Shown here: positions 9,708-17,780 of the stretch, in pieces
Position numbering within the stretch: the first letter of the stretch is position 1
Layout of the letters: every line of letters begins with the position of its first letter
Origin: Acidobacteria bacterium SCN 69-37
Lineage (GTDB): Bacteria > Acidobacteriota > Vicinamibacteria > Vicinamibacterales > SCN-69-37
Direction of reading: 5' to 3'
DNA: 64,000 bases
Assembly (NCBI GenBank): GCA_001724025.1
Contig: MEDJ01000019.1
Location: forward strand, 286,359-350,358
Program-made: the position numbers and the translations under genes
The notes under the pieces: generated by a model
Databases searched by the model: none
What the model was told of the DNA's origin: nothing
Seen by the model: the letters and a program-made list of their open reading frames with translations, nothing else

Positions 9708-10612
9708 ACGTGCCACCGCCACGCCTCGCGGCGTGCGTGGCGGTCCTGGCCGTCGCGGCGACGTCCGGCCCGGCCAAGGCACAGACCGTGTTCCGCACCG
9801 CCACCGACATGGTCGTCCTGAACGTCACCGCCACGCGCGGCCAGCAGATCGTCGGCGGTCTGCCCCGCGAGGCGTTCACGGTGCTCGAGGATGGCCGTCC
9901 GCAGGAGATCCAGGTGTTCTCGCGCGATCCGCAACCGATCGCGCTCTCGCTGCTGATCGATACCAGCACGAGCATGGAAGACCGGATGACCCTGGCGGCC
10001 GACGCGGCCGTGGGCTTCATCCAGCGCCTGCGCCCGGACGACATCGCGCAGGTCGTGACCTTCAACGACTCCACGGAGATCCGCCAGGCGTTCACGGCCG
10101 ATCAACGGCAGCTCGAGCAGGCCATCCGCACGGCGCAGCCGCACGGCTCGACATCGCTGTACACGGCGCTCTACGTCGCGTTCGCCGAGTTCGAGCGTCT
10201 CGGCCGGCAGACGCGTGGCGACGTTCGCCGGCAGGCGATCGTGCTGCTGTCCGATGGTGAAGATACCGCGGGCCTCCTCACGGGCGACGACGTCCTCGAG
10301 CGGGCACGGCGATCGGACGTGATCGTGTTCGCCATCGTCCTGCGTGGAGGTTCGACGTCGACGTCGTACGACTTCGCGCTGCGGAGCATGGCGCAGGCCA
10401 CGGGCGGTCGCGTCATGACCGTCACCTCGGCCGCCGAGCTTCCGGCCATCTACACCCAGATCGCCGACGAACTCGCCACGCAGTACACGATCGGCTACAT
10501 CTCGAACGCTCCGGGCCGCCGCGGCTGGCGACCCCTCACCGTGCGCATCGATGCGCCGGGAGTCGTCGCCCGCACGCGGGCCGGTTACCTCGCATCCCCC
10601 CACACACGATGA
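9704..10612 (+). CDS. VWA domain protein (acidobacterial VWFA-related type)
   Basis: MIDAS motif LLIDTSTSM, then GSTSLY and LLSDGEDT. N-terminal beta segment FRTATDMVVLNVTA...FTVLEDGRPQEI. GTGA overlap with the upstream gene (alternative start 9671). Confidence 0.8.
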   Translation: MNVPPPRLAACVAVLAVAATSGPAKAQTVFRTATDMVVLNVTATRGQQIVGGLPREAFTVLEDGRPQEIQVFSRDPQPIALSLLIDTSTSMEDRMTLAADAAVGFIQRLRPDDIAQVVTFNDSTEIRQAFTADQRQLEQAIRTAQPHGSTSLYTALYVAFAEFERLGRQTRGDVRRQAIVLLSDGEDTAGLLTGDDVLERARRSDVIVFAIVLRGGSTSTSYDFALRSMAQATGGRVMTVTSAAELPAIYTQIADELATQYTIGYISNAPGRRGWRPLTVRIDAPGVVARTRAGYLASPHTR

Positions 10613-12141
10613 CAGTCTCTCCTGGTCGCGTTTCCCTCATCGGTGCCGGTCCCGGCGATCCCGGTCTCATCACCACGCGTGGCGCCCGCCTGCTCGCGCA
10701 GGCCGACGTCGTCGTCTATGACGATGCCGTGGAGCCGAGTCTGCGGTGGGCACGGCCCGATGCCGAACGTATTGCCGTCGGTTCGATTGGTGATGAAGAC
10801 ACCGCGCAGACGGCCATCTCCATGCTGCTGGCCGAGAAGGCGCGTGAGGGCCTGTCCGTCGCGCGTCTGATGTGGGGCGACCCCTTCGTCTTCGACAGCG
10901 GTGGCCGGGACGCGATGTTCCTGCGCGATCAGCACATCCCGTTCGAGATCGTGCCGGGTGTGCCCGCGGCCATCGGATCGTCGGCCTATGCCGGGATCCC
11001 GATCACCTATCCGGGCGCCGGTGATGCGGTCGTGCTGCTGCGCGGCCAGGAGCGCCTGGCCGCCCGCGTGCCCGACGTCGACTGGGCCGCGCTGGCGCGC
11101 CTCGACGGCACGATTGCCTCGTTCACGCGCGGCACGGCCGCCGGGGCGATTCTGCGGAAGCTGACGGCAGCCGGGCTGCCGGGCGACACGCCTGTGGCGC
11201 TCGTCCGCCACGGCACGCGCCCTTCGCAGGACACGTGCAGCGCAACGCTGGCGACGATGGCGGAGGCGCTGGCTGACGGGGCCGATCACGAGGGCCTGCT
11301 CGTCATCGGCAAGGTGACCGGCCTGCGCGATCACCTGCGCTGGTTCGACGATCGCCCGCTCTTCGGCAGGCGGATCGTGGTCACGCGATCGACGGAGCAG
11401 GCGCCTGAACTCGTCGAGTCGCTCGAGGCGCTCGGCGCGCAGGCCGTCCAGGCGCCGACGATCCGGATCGTCGCGGCCGAAGATCCGGAAGCGCTCGATC
11501 GCGCGGCCGCGGGCATCGACGAGTACGACTGGGTGGTGATCGAATCGGCGGGAGCGGCCACGCGACTGCTCACGGCGCTGACACGTGGACCGCGCGATCT
11601 GCGTGCGCTCGGCCGGGTCGCGATCTGCGCGCTCGGCCCGTCGACGGCCGATCGATTGGCAGCCATGGGCATCCGCGCCGACGTCGTCGCCCCGGAAGTC
11701 GGTGCGGAGCGGTTGTGCGACGCGATGAGCCAGTTTGCGCCGATCGACGGCCGGCGCGTGCTGGTCGTGCGCCCCGACGTCCTGCGCGACGTGGTGCCGC
11801 AGGAGCTGACCCGCCAGGGGGCCACGGTGACGGATCTCGTGGCGTACCGCACGGAGCCGGTTCCCCCCGATGCGCCGCGCACGCAGGCGCTGTACCGCCA
11901 GCTGCTCGAAGGGCACGTGGACGCCGTGACGTTCACCAGTCCGACGGCCCTGCGCCAGTTTGCCGTGATGATCGGCGAGGAGCAGGCCGTCGACCTGCTC
12001 AACACGACCACCGTCGTCACCATCGGGCCGGTGACGGCCGCGGCGGCGCTCGAGATGGGGGTGCAGGCCCCGATCGTCCCGGCGGCCTACACGGTCGGCG
12101 GCCTCATCGACGCCATCAGGGATCACTTCCGCAGACGCTGA
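10609..12141 (+). CDS. cobA/hemD: Uroporphyrinogen-III C-methyltransferase / uroporphyrinogen-III synthase fusion
   Basis: The N-terminal half has SAM-methylase motifs (LIGAGPGDPGLIT, GDPFVF, VPGVPAA). The C-terminal half of about 250 aa has the HemD-like repeat pattern. ATGA overlap with the upstream VWA gene. Confidence 0.9.
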   Translation: MTVSPGRVSLIGAGPGDPGLITTRGARLLAQADVVVYDDAVEPSLRWARPDAERIAVGSIGDEDTAQTAISMLLAEKAREGLSVARLMWGDPFVFDSGGRDAMFLRDQHIPFEIVPGVPAAIGSSAYAGIPITYPGAGDAVVLLRGQERLAARVPDVDWAALARLDGTIASFTRGTAAGAILRKLTAAGLPGDTPVALVRHGTRPSQDTCSATLATMAEALADGADHEGLLVIGKVTGLRDHLRWFDDRPLFGRRIVVTRSTEQAPELVESLEALGAQAVQAPTIRIVAAEDPEALDRAAAGIDEYDWVVIESAGAATRLLTALTRGPRDLRALGRVAICALGPSTADRLAAMGIRADVVAPEVGAERLCDAMSQFAPIDGRRVLVVRPDVLRDVVPQELTRQGATVTDLVAYRTEPVPPDAPRTQALYRQLLEGHVDAVTFTSPTALRQFAVMIGEEQAVDLLNTTTVVTIGPVTAAAALEMGVQAPIVPAAYTVGGLIDAIRDHFRRR

Positions 12142-12158
12142 GATCCGCCCGCACACGA

Positions 12159-12191
12159 CAACGGCCGCAGGGACGTTCCCTGCGGCCGTTG
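12159..12191. terminator. Perfect 15-bp-stem hairpin between convergent genes
   Basis: CAACGGCCGCAGGGA-cgt-TCCCTGCGGCCGTTG, between the cobA/hemD stop and the TonB-receptor stop. Confidence 0.7.
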
Positions 12192-12201
12192 CCGTGTGCA
12201 G

Positions 12202-12221
12202 GGGCGACGCATGCGTCGCCC
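12202..12221. repeat. 20-nt perfect palindrome GGGCGACGCATGCGTCGCCC (copy 1 of 2)
   Basis: Identical 20-mer recurs at 33747-33766. Confidence 0.9.
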
Positions 12222-12227
12222 TGCCTC

Positions 12228-15200
12228 CTAGAACCCGAGCTTGATGGCCAGCTGGAGCGACCGCTGGTCGTACGTGCTCGTGATGGTCCCGAACGCGGCC
12301 GAGCTGCGATTGCCGTTCGGCGCACGGAAGTTCGCCCGATCGAGGAGGTTGAAGGCCTCGATGCGCACTTCCGCGTTGCGCGTCGCCCCGAACGCGAACT
12401 GCTTGCTGAGGGCGAAGTCGATCTGCCAGAAGTTCGGCCCACGCACGCTGTTGCGCGCCGCGTTGCCGAACGGCTGCGAGAAGTCCGTCGGTGCGGTCAC
12501 GCAGTCGGTGTTGAAGTAGCTGGTGATCGAGCGCTCCCCGTACGGGTTGCACGTGACGTTCGGGCGATAGATGTTCGCGCCACGGAAGTCCTGCGTGATC
12601 CCCGACACCGACGCGCGCGTGTTCGGCGTGTAGGTGAACGTCACCGGCTCGCCCGACGTGATCGTGTTGATCGCCGCCACCTGCCATCCGCCCGCCAGCG
12701 CGTCGAGCCACGCCGAGGCATTGCTGCCCCACGTCCGGCCACGACCGAACGGCACGTTGAAGACCAGGCTCGTCGTGCTGTTGAGCGGCTGGTCGTAACC
12801 CGACGTTCCCCAATCGGCATTCAGGTCATAGAAGTTCTGCGGCGCCGGGGCGTTGCCGTTTGAGTTCTCGAGCGAGCCGGCCCCGTTGTCGCGGGCCTTC
12901 GACAGCGTCAGCGCGCTCGTGATGGCGATGCCGCTCGACAGGCGCCAGTCGAACTTGGCCTGGAACGCGTTGTAGCGCGACCTGCCGCCGTTGAACGCGT
13001 ACGTGATGTCGCCGAACTGCGGGATCGGACGGCGATCCTGCAGCTCGATCGTGCCCGCCGCGTTGTTGGGCAGCGCCTGGTTGTAGTTGGCGAACAGCAG
13101 GGCGCCGTCCTGGCGGTTGCCGACATAGGCGAGGTCCAGGATCATGCCCCGCCGCAGTTCCTGCTGCACCGAGACGTGCCAGCTCTGCACCATCGTCGAG
13201 TGGAAGTCCTTCGGTATGTAGGTGATGTTGGCCGCCGTCGGGTTGAACTTGCTCGGGTCGGTGAAATCGGCCGGGTAGCCCTGCTGCGTCGTCCGGAACG
13301 TCGGCAGCAGCGGGTTGGTCTGCACCTGCACGGCGTTGATGACCTGCGGACCGTTGATCGCCAGCAGGTTGCCGCCGCCGGCGCGGTGGAAGTGCACGTA
13401 GCTGACGCCGTAGCCCGAGCGGACGACGGTCGACGGCGAGACGGTGTACGCGAGGCCGAAGCGCGGACCGACGTTGTTGCGATCGGGCCTGATGGTCGAC
13501 CGATCCTCGACCGATCCGTCCCTGGCGAGCACCATGGTCAGCGTGTCGGGATCGAAGTTCGAGAGGACGTTGTTGGCGTCCCACTGCGGCGTCGCGTACT
13601 CGTAGCGCAGTCCCGCGTTGATCGTCAGGCGGTGGTTCACGCGGATGTCATCCTGCAGGTAGAGGAAGTGCATCTGCTGCCGGACGTCGGCCACGAGGAT
13701 GTTGCTCAGCCCGAACTGACTGCGCAGGCCGAACATGAAGTCCGCGAGGTTGTAGAGATTGTTCGCGGCGGCCCCTGCCGGGCGCGAGAACTGGCCCGAG
13801 TACAGGTCGTTGCCATACAGCGGGTTGACGTCCTGCACCTCGGTCGCGATGTGCTGGAACTCGTAGCCGACCTTGAACGACTGCCGGCCCTGGCGCCAGC
13901 TGTAGTTCACCTTCGGATTCCACGTTTCCGGCCACTGCCACTGCGGGTTGGTCGCCTGGCGGCCGAGCGCCGTGTACCCCGTGATCGACGTCGTCGGCAG
14001 GCCGCCGGCCACGCGCGGATCGGTCGGCAGGCCCGAGAGGCCGTACGCCTCGAGCGCCCCCGGAGAGCCGAGTCCGGGCGGGTTCTTGCCCGCCTCGGTC
14101 CGCGACCAGCCGAACCGCACTTCGAGGAGCGACGCCGGCGTCGGCATGTAGGTCGCGCCGAACGCGAGCTGTTTGCTCCGCACGTACGTGTCACCGTTGC
14201 CCGCGCCGCCGGATGGCAGCGGCAGACCCGGAGACTCCCAGCGCGTGAAGTCGCGAACGCCGATGCGGCCGAACACCGACAGCCGATCGTTGATGCGGCC
14301 GTCGATCTTGACGCCGCCCTTGTTCTGGTTGTCGTTGTTGACCGTCAGCGTGCGGTAGTTGTTGCTCGTCCCGCTCGTCTCGGGGGTGGGCAACCCGGCG
14401 AGCACCTTCTGCGCGTGCGCTTCCATCGGAATGGGCGTGCCGGCTGGGTACGTGATCCCCGTGATCGGGTTGCGCACGTCCACCGACAGGATGCCCTGGC
14501 GCTGATCGAGCGTCGCAATGGTCGACGTGGCCGTGCCGCTGCGCTTCCACTTCAGTCCTTCGTAGTCGCCGAAGAAGAAGACCCGGTTGCGCACGAGCGG
14601 TCCGCCGAAGACGCCGCCGTACTGGTGACGATCGAACTCCGGCTTGCCGGCGGCCGGAACGAAGTAGCCTGCCGACGTGAGAGACGTATCGCGGAAGTAC
14701 TCCCAGCCGCTGCCCGTGAAGCGGTTGCTGCCGCTGCGATACGACGCGTTGATCGTCGCCCCGCCCGCGCGGCCGTACTCCGCGCTCATGTTGTTGGTCA
14801 CGACCTGGAACTGATCGACGGCGTCGGGCGCCGGGTTCATGATCTGGTTCGAGTAGCCCTGGTTGCTGGTGCCGTACGAGTTGTTGTCGACCCCATCGAT
14901 CAGGAAGTTGTTGAACGTGCTGCGCAGGCCGTTGACGTTGAACGAGCCCTCGCGCGACGTCGAGATCGGCCCCTGACGTACGCCCGTGGTCAACTGCGCC
15001 AGTGACGTGTACTCGCGGTTGAGCATCGGCAGCGTCTGCAGCAGTTCACGCCTGACCGTCGTGCCGCGCTGGCTCGTATCGGTCTCGAGCCGTGCCGAGG
15101 CCGAGGCCACCTCGATGGTCTCGGTGAGCGCACCGATCTCGAGCGTCAGGTCGACGCGCTGGCGCGTGCCGATGGCCACGGTCACGTTGTCGGCGAGCGC

Positions 15201-15470
15201 AATCGAGAACCCTTCCTTCTCGGCGGTGACCAGGTACGTGCCGAGGCGCACGGTGAAGAACTCGAAGTTCCCCGTCGCGTCGGTGACCGTCGTCGCCGAC
15301 ACACCAGTCCCCGTGTTGGTGAGCACGACCTTGGCGCCGCCGATCGCAGCGCCCGATCCGTCGCGGACGCTGCCGACGACGGAGGATGTTTCGAACTGCG
15401 CGGCAACGGTGGCCGGCAGGGTCAGGATCAAAGCGAATAAAAGTACGTAGGATCGGACGAATCTGAACAT
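12228..15470 (-). CDS. TonB-dependent receptor with N-terminal carboxypeptidase-regulatory-like domain
   Basis: 1080 aa. Signal peptide, then GSVRDGSGAAIGGAKVVLTNTGTG...TDATGNFEF (CarboxypepD_reg-like), a plug region, and a long beta-barrel ending in ...LAIKLGF. Confidence 0.93.
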   Translation of the reverse strand: MFRFVRSYVLLFALILTLPATVAAQFETSSVVGSVRDGSGAAIGGAKVVLTNTGTGVSATTVTDATGNFEFFTVRLGTYLVTAEKEGFSIALADNVTVAIGTRQRVDLTLEIGALTETIEVASASARLETDTSQRGTTVRRELLQTLPMLNREYTSLAQLTTGVRQGPISTSREGSFNVNGLRSTFNNFLIDGVDNNSYGTSNQGYSNQIMNPAPDAVDQFQVVTNNMSAEYGRAGGATINASYRSGSNRFTGSGWEYFRDTSLTSAGYFVPAAGKPEFDRHQYGGVFGGPLVRNRVFFFGDYEGLKWKRSGTATSTIATLDQRQGILSVDVRNPITGITYPAGTPIPMEAHAQKVLAGLPTPETSGTSNNYRTLTVNNDNQNKGGVKIDGRINDRLSVFGRIGVRDFTRWESPGLPLPSGGAGNGDTYVRSKQLAFGATYMPTPASLLEVRFGWSRTEAGKNPPGLGSPGALEAYGLSGLPTDPRVAGGLPTTSITGYTALGRQATNPQWQWPETWNPKVNYSWRQGRQSFKVGYEFQHIATEVQDVNPLYGNDLYSGQFSRPAGAAANNLYNLADFMFGLRSQFGLSNILVADVRQQMHFLYLQDDIRVNHRLTINAGLRYEYATPQWDANNVLSNFDPDTLTMVLARDGSVEDRSTIRPDRNNVGPRFGLAYTVSPSTVVRSGYGVSYVHFHRAGGGNLLAINGPQVINAVQVQTNPLLPTFRTTQQGYPADFTDPSKFNPTAANITYIPKDFHSTMVQSWHVSVQQELRRGMILDLAYVGNRQDGALLFANYNQALPNNAAGTIELQDRRPIPQFGDITYAFNGGRSRYNAFQAKFDWRLSSGIAITSALTLSKARDNGAGSLENSNGNAPAPQNFYDLNADWGTSGYDQPLNSTTSLVFNVPFGRGRTWGSNASAWLDALAGGWQVAAINTITSGEPVTFTYTPNTRASVSGITQDFRGANIYRPNVTCNPYGERSITSYFNTDCVTAPTDFSQPFGNAARNSVRGPNFWQIDFALSKQFAFGATRNAEVRIEAFNLLDRANFRAPNGNRSSAAFGTITSTYDQRSLQLAIKLGF

Positions 15471-15584
15471 TCCACTCTCCGTCCGCCGAAGCTATCAACG
15501 GTACGTATCCACTTCGTAACGTCAGCATTACAAGTACGCAAAGATCGGCAGGCGCGCGAGTGTCACGCTGTCGTTGCACACGAC

Positions 15585-15593
15585 TGCTAGAGT
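15585..15593 (+). promoter_or_regulatory. Candidate extended -10 (TGCTAGAGT), 7 nt upstream of the GDPD ATG
   Basis: TGCTAGAGT-gtcgcga-ATG with no Shine-Dalgarno. Confidence 0.35.
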
Positions 15594-15600
15594 GTCGCGA

Positions 15601-16563
15601 ATGACCTGCTCCGCGCTTCTCCGCTCACTGGTCGCTGCCGCGATTCTGGCGGCGGGCCTTCCTGTCATCGCTGCCGCACAGGCACCGGCGCCCGCCAGTC
15701 GCGACAGGATCCTGATCGCGCACCGCGGCGCCTCGGCGTACGCGCCCGAACACACGCGCGCCGCCTACGAACTGGCGATCGCACAGGGCGCCGACTACGT
15801 CGAGCAGGATCTCGCCGTGACGAAGGACGGCGTGCTCGTCTGCATCCACGACGTGAGTCTCGAACGCACCACGAATGTCGAAGAACTCTTTCCCGACCGC
15901 TTCAAGACCGATACCGAGGGGCGCCGGCGCTGGTACGTGGCTGATTTCACGCTGGCCGAGATCAAGCGGCTCGATGCCGGGAGCTGGTTCGATCCGAAGT
16001 TCGCCGGCGAGACGCTCCTGACGTGGGACGAAGCGGTCGACATCGTCTGGGGCCGGGCCGGGATGTATCCGGAACTCAAGGACGCAGCGTTCTATCGTGA
16101 GCGCGGCGTGGACATCGTCGCCGTCTTCGCGGCGGCGCTCGAACGACGCGGGCTGCCGTGGACGACGCCCGCGCAGGGCCGCGCACCGCTGGCAGTCCAG
16201 TCGTTCGACGAGCAGGCCGTCCGTGACGCGGCACGGCTGCTGCCCCGCGTGCCGCGGACGTTCCTCTTCGGCGATCGCGCGGGCGTGCAGAAATGGCTCT
16301 CGAACGCCGGGACCGTGAAGACGCTGGCCACGTTCGCGACGGACCTCGGACCGAACAAGCGGATTCTCGAGGAACGGCCGGAGATCGTCGCGTGGGCCCA
16401 CGAGGCCGGCCTCACCGTCACCGCGTGGACCGTCTCGTCACTGGCCGAGAAAACCGCGTATCCGGGACTCACCGAGGAAATGCAGCACCTGCTCTACGAC
16501 CTCGGTGCCGACGCGCTGTTCACGGACAACCCCAACAAGTTCCCGCGACAGCGGCAGCCATAG
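15601..16563 (+). CDS. Glycerophosphodiester phosphodiesterase (GDPD family), secreted
   Basis: Signal peptide, then IAHRGASAYAPEHT and YVEQDLAVTKDGVLVCIHD GDPD motifs. A TTG at 15574 is an alternative start. Confidence 0.9.
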   Translation: MTCSALLRSLVAAAILAAGLPVIAAAQAPAPASRDRILIAHRGASAYAPEHTRAAYELAIAQGADYVEQDLAVTKDGVLVCIHDVSLERTTNVEELFPDRFKTDTEGRRRWYVADFTLAEIKRLDAGSWFDPKFAGETLLTWDEAVDIVWGRAGMYPELKDAAFYRERGVDIVAVFAAALERRGLPWTTPAQGRAPLAVQSFDEQAVRDAARLLPRVPRTFLFGDRAGVQKWLSNAGTVKTLATFATDLGPNKRILEERPEIVAWAHEAGLTVTAWTVSSLAEKTAYPGLTEEMQHLLYDLGADALFTDNPNKFPRQRQP

Positions 16564-16609
16564 AAAGAAGGCGGGGAGGAGGCGGGAAGGCCACGTGTTC
16601 CGGGAACGT

Positions 16610-16639
16610 GGCGGGGCGGACCTTCAGGCCCGCCCCGCC
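16610..16639. terminator. GC-rich hairpin between convergent genes
   Basis: GGCGGGGCGG-accttcaggc-CCGCCCCGCC, between the GDPD stop and the VOC-gene stop. Confidence 0.6.
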
Positions 16640-16644
16640 CGAGC

Positions 16645-17019
16645 CTATTCCGCGGGCGGCAGTTCGAAGTGCGGGTTCTCGAGCAGACCAATCACGTTGC
16701 CGAACGGATCGGCAACGGTCGCCACCTTGATCCCCTCACCCACGTCACGCGCCGGCGCGACGATCCGGGCACCCGTCTCGACGAAATGGCGAACCCCGGC
16801 GTCGATGTCCGGCACGCGCCAGTACGCCACGCTGCCGCCGGGACCGGGTGCTCCGTCCGAGGCATTCGGATCGAGCCCCAACTCGTATCCGGCGATGTTG
16901 AAGCCCACGTAGAACGGCTGATCGAAATACGGCGCCTGCCCGAACGCAGCCGAGTACCATGCTTTCGCCTGGTTCAGATTCGTGACGTGATAGATGACGG
17001 TACCGAGTCCCTTGACCAT
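16645..17019 (-). CDS. VOC (glyoxalase/bleomycin-resistance) family protein
   Basis: The 124-aa core MVKGLGTVIYHVTNLNQAKAWY...FGNVIGLLE matches the VOC fold pattern. GGAGG lies upstream of this ATG. The longer 184-aa ORF extension is Arg-rich and implausible. Confidence 0.85.
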   Translation of the reverse strand: MVKGLGTVIYHVTNLNQAKAWYSAAFGQAPYFDQPFYVGFNIAGYELGLDPNASDGAPGPGGSVAYWRVPDIDAGVRHFVETGARIVAPARDVGEGIKVATVADPFGNVIGLLENPHFELPPAE

Positions 17020-17262
17020 CTCAGACCTCCGGCGGTGAAAGCACGCGGTCCGAGCATCCGGGTCGTTCGTGAGGCATCGCACACCTTCACCGTGTGCTCG
17101 CTGATGCCTACATCCACGAACCCGGCGAGAGCGAGCACGCAGGTAGGGGTCCTGATGGACGAGCGCGGACCCCGCTAGGTACGGGCGTGACCGTAACACC
17201 GCGCGTGTGCATCGTCAAGCCGCCGCGCCGCCGCGCATGAGGCGTGCCCCTGTCGCGTCGCG

Positions 17263-17589
17263 TCACCGGGCGATGAACAGCGTGACGACCGTCAACACCA
17301 TCCCGATCTGGAGACCCACGATCCAGCGGAAGTGACTGTCCAGCTTCTGGTTCACCGCGGCTTCCAGCGCGTCCATCCGCTGCGTCAACGCCTCACACCG
17401 ATGGTCCAGCTTCTGGTCCAGCGCGGTCAGTCGAGCGTCGATCGCCGTGAACCGCACGTCGACGTCCGCGAAGCGCCGGTCCACGCGCATTTCGAGATGG
17501 CGGACGGCGGCGGCCACGTCGGTCAGCACGTGCCCCTGCCCCTCGACACGCCCCTCGAGTTTCGCCGTTCGCCTTTCGAGTTCCAGCAC
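17263..17589 (-). CDS. Tail-anchored coiled-coil protein (hypothetical)
   Basis: GTG start with GGAGGTGG upstream. Heptad-like repeats (RVDRRFADVDVRFTAIDARLTALDQKLD...) and a C-terminal TM helix WIVGLQIGMVLTVVTLFIA. Confidence 0.6.
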   Translation of the reverse strand: MLELERRTAKLEGRVEGQGHVLTDVAAAVRHLEMRVDRRFADVDVRFTAIDARLTALDQKLDHRCEALTQRMDALEAAVNQKLDSHFRWIVGLQIGMVLTVVTLFIAR

Positions 17590-17674
17590 GTCCCCACCTC
17601 CGCCACGCTACCGTCGTCGCCGCGACGACGCAAGGACGAAGTGCTGTGCACGGGACATGCCCGAATCGACAGAC

Positions 17675-17701
17675 AAAAACGCGCCTGATTTCGAAGGCGC
17701 G
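17675..17701 (-). terminator. Rho-independent terminator of proS
   Basis: On the minus strand: CGCGCCT-tcgaaatc-AGGCGCG followed by TTTTT, about 80 nt after the proS stop. Confidence 0.75.
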
Positions 17702-17780
17702 TCATCACCGCTCGCAGTTTCTGCAATCCCGGCGATTCCGAGGATCGCAGATTCCGCAACTCGCGGCAGCCGGCCGTCGC

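Noticed and set aside
10585-12813. 742-aa minus-strand ORF
   Set aside because: It runs antisense to cobA/hemD and then out of frame into the TonB-receptor gene. The translation is Arg/Gly-rich low complexity.
13176-15005. 609-aa plus-strand ORF
   Set aside because: It is antisense to the well-supported TonB-dependent receptor. It is Arg-rich and has no recognisable domain.
15561-15574. Pho-box-like TGTCAC / CTGTCGT repeats upstream of the phosphodiesterase gene
   Set aside because: The half-sites are about 7-8 nt apart rather than at the 11-bp PhoB periodicity, and they match the consensus poorly.
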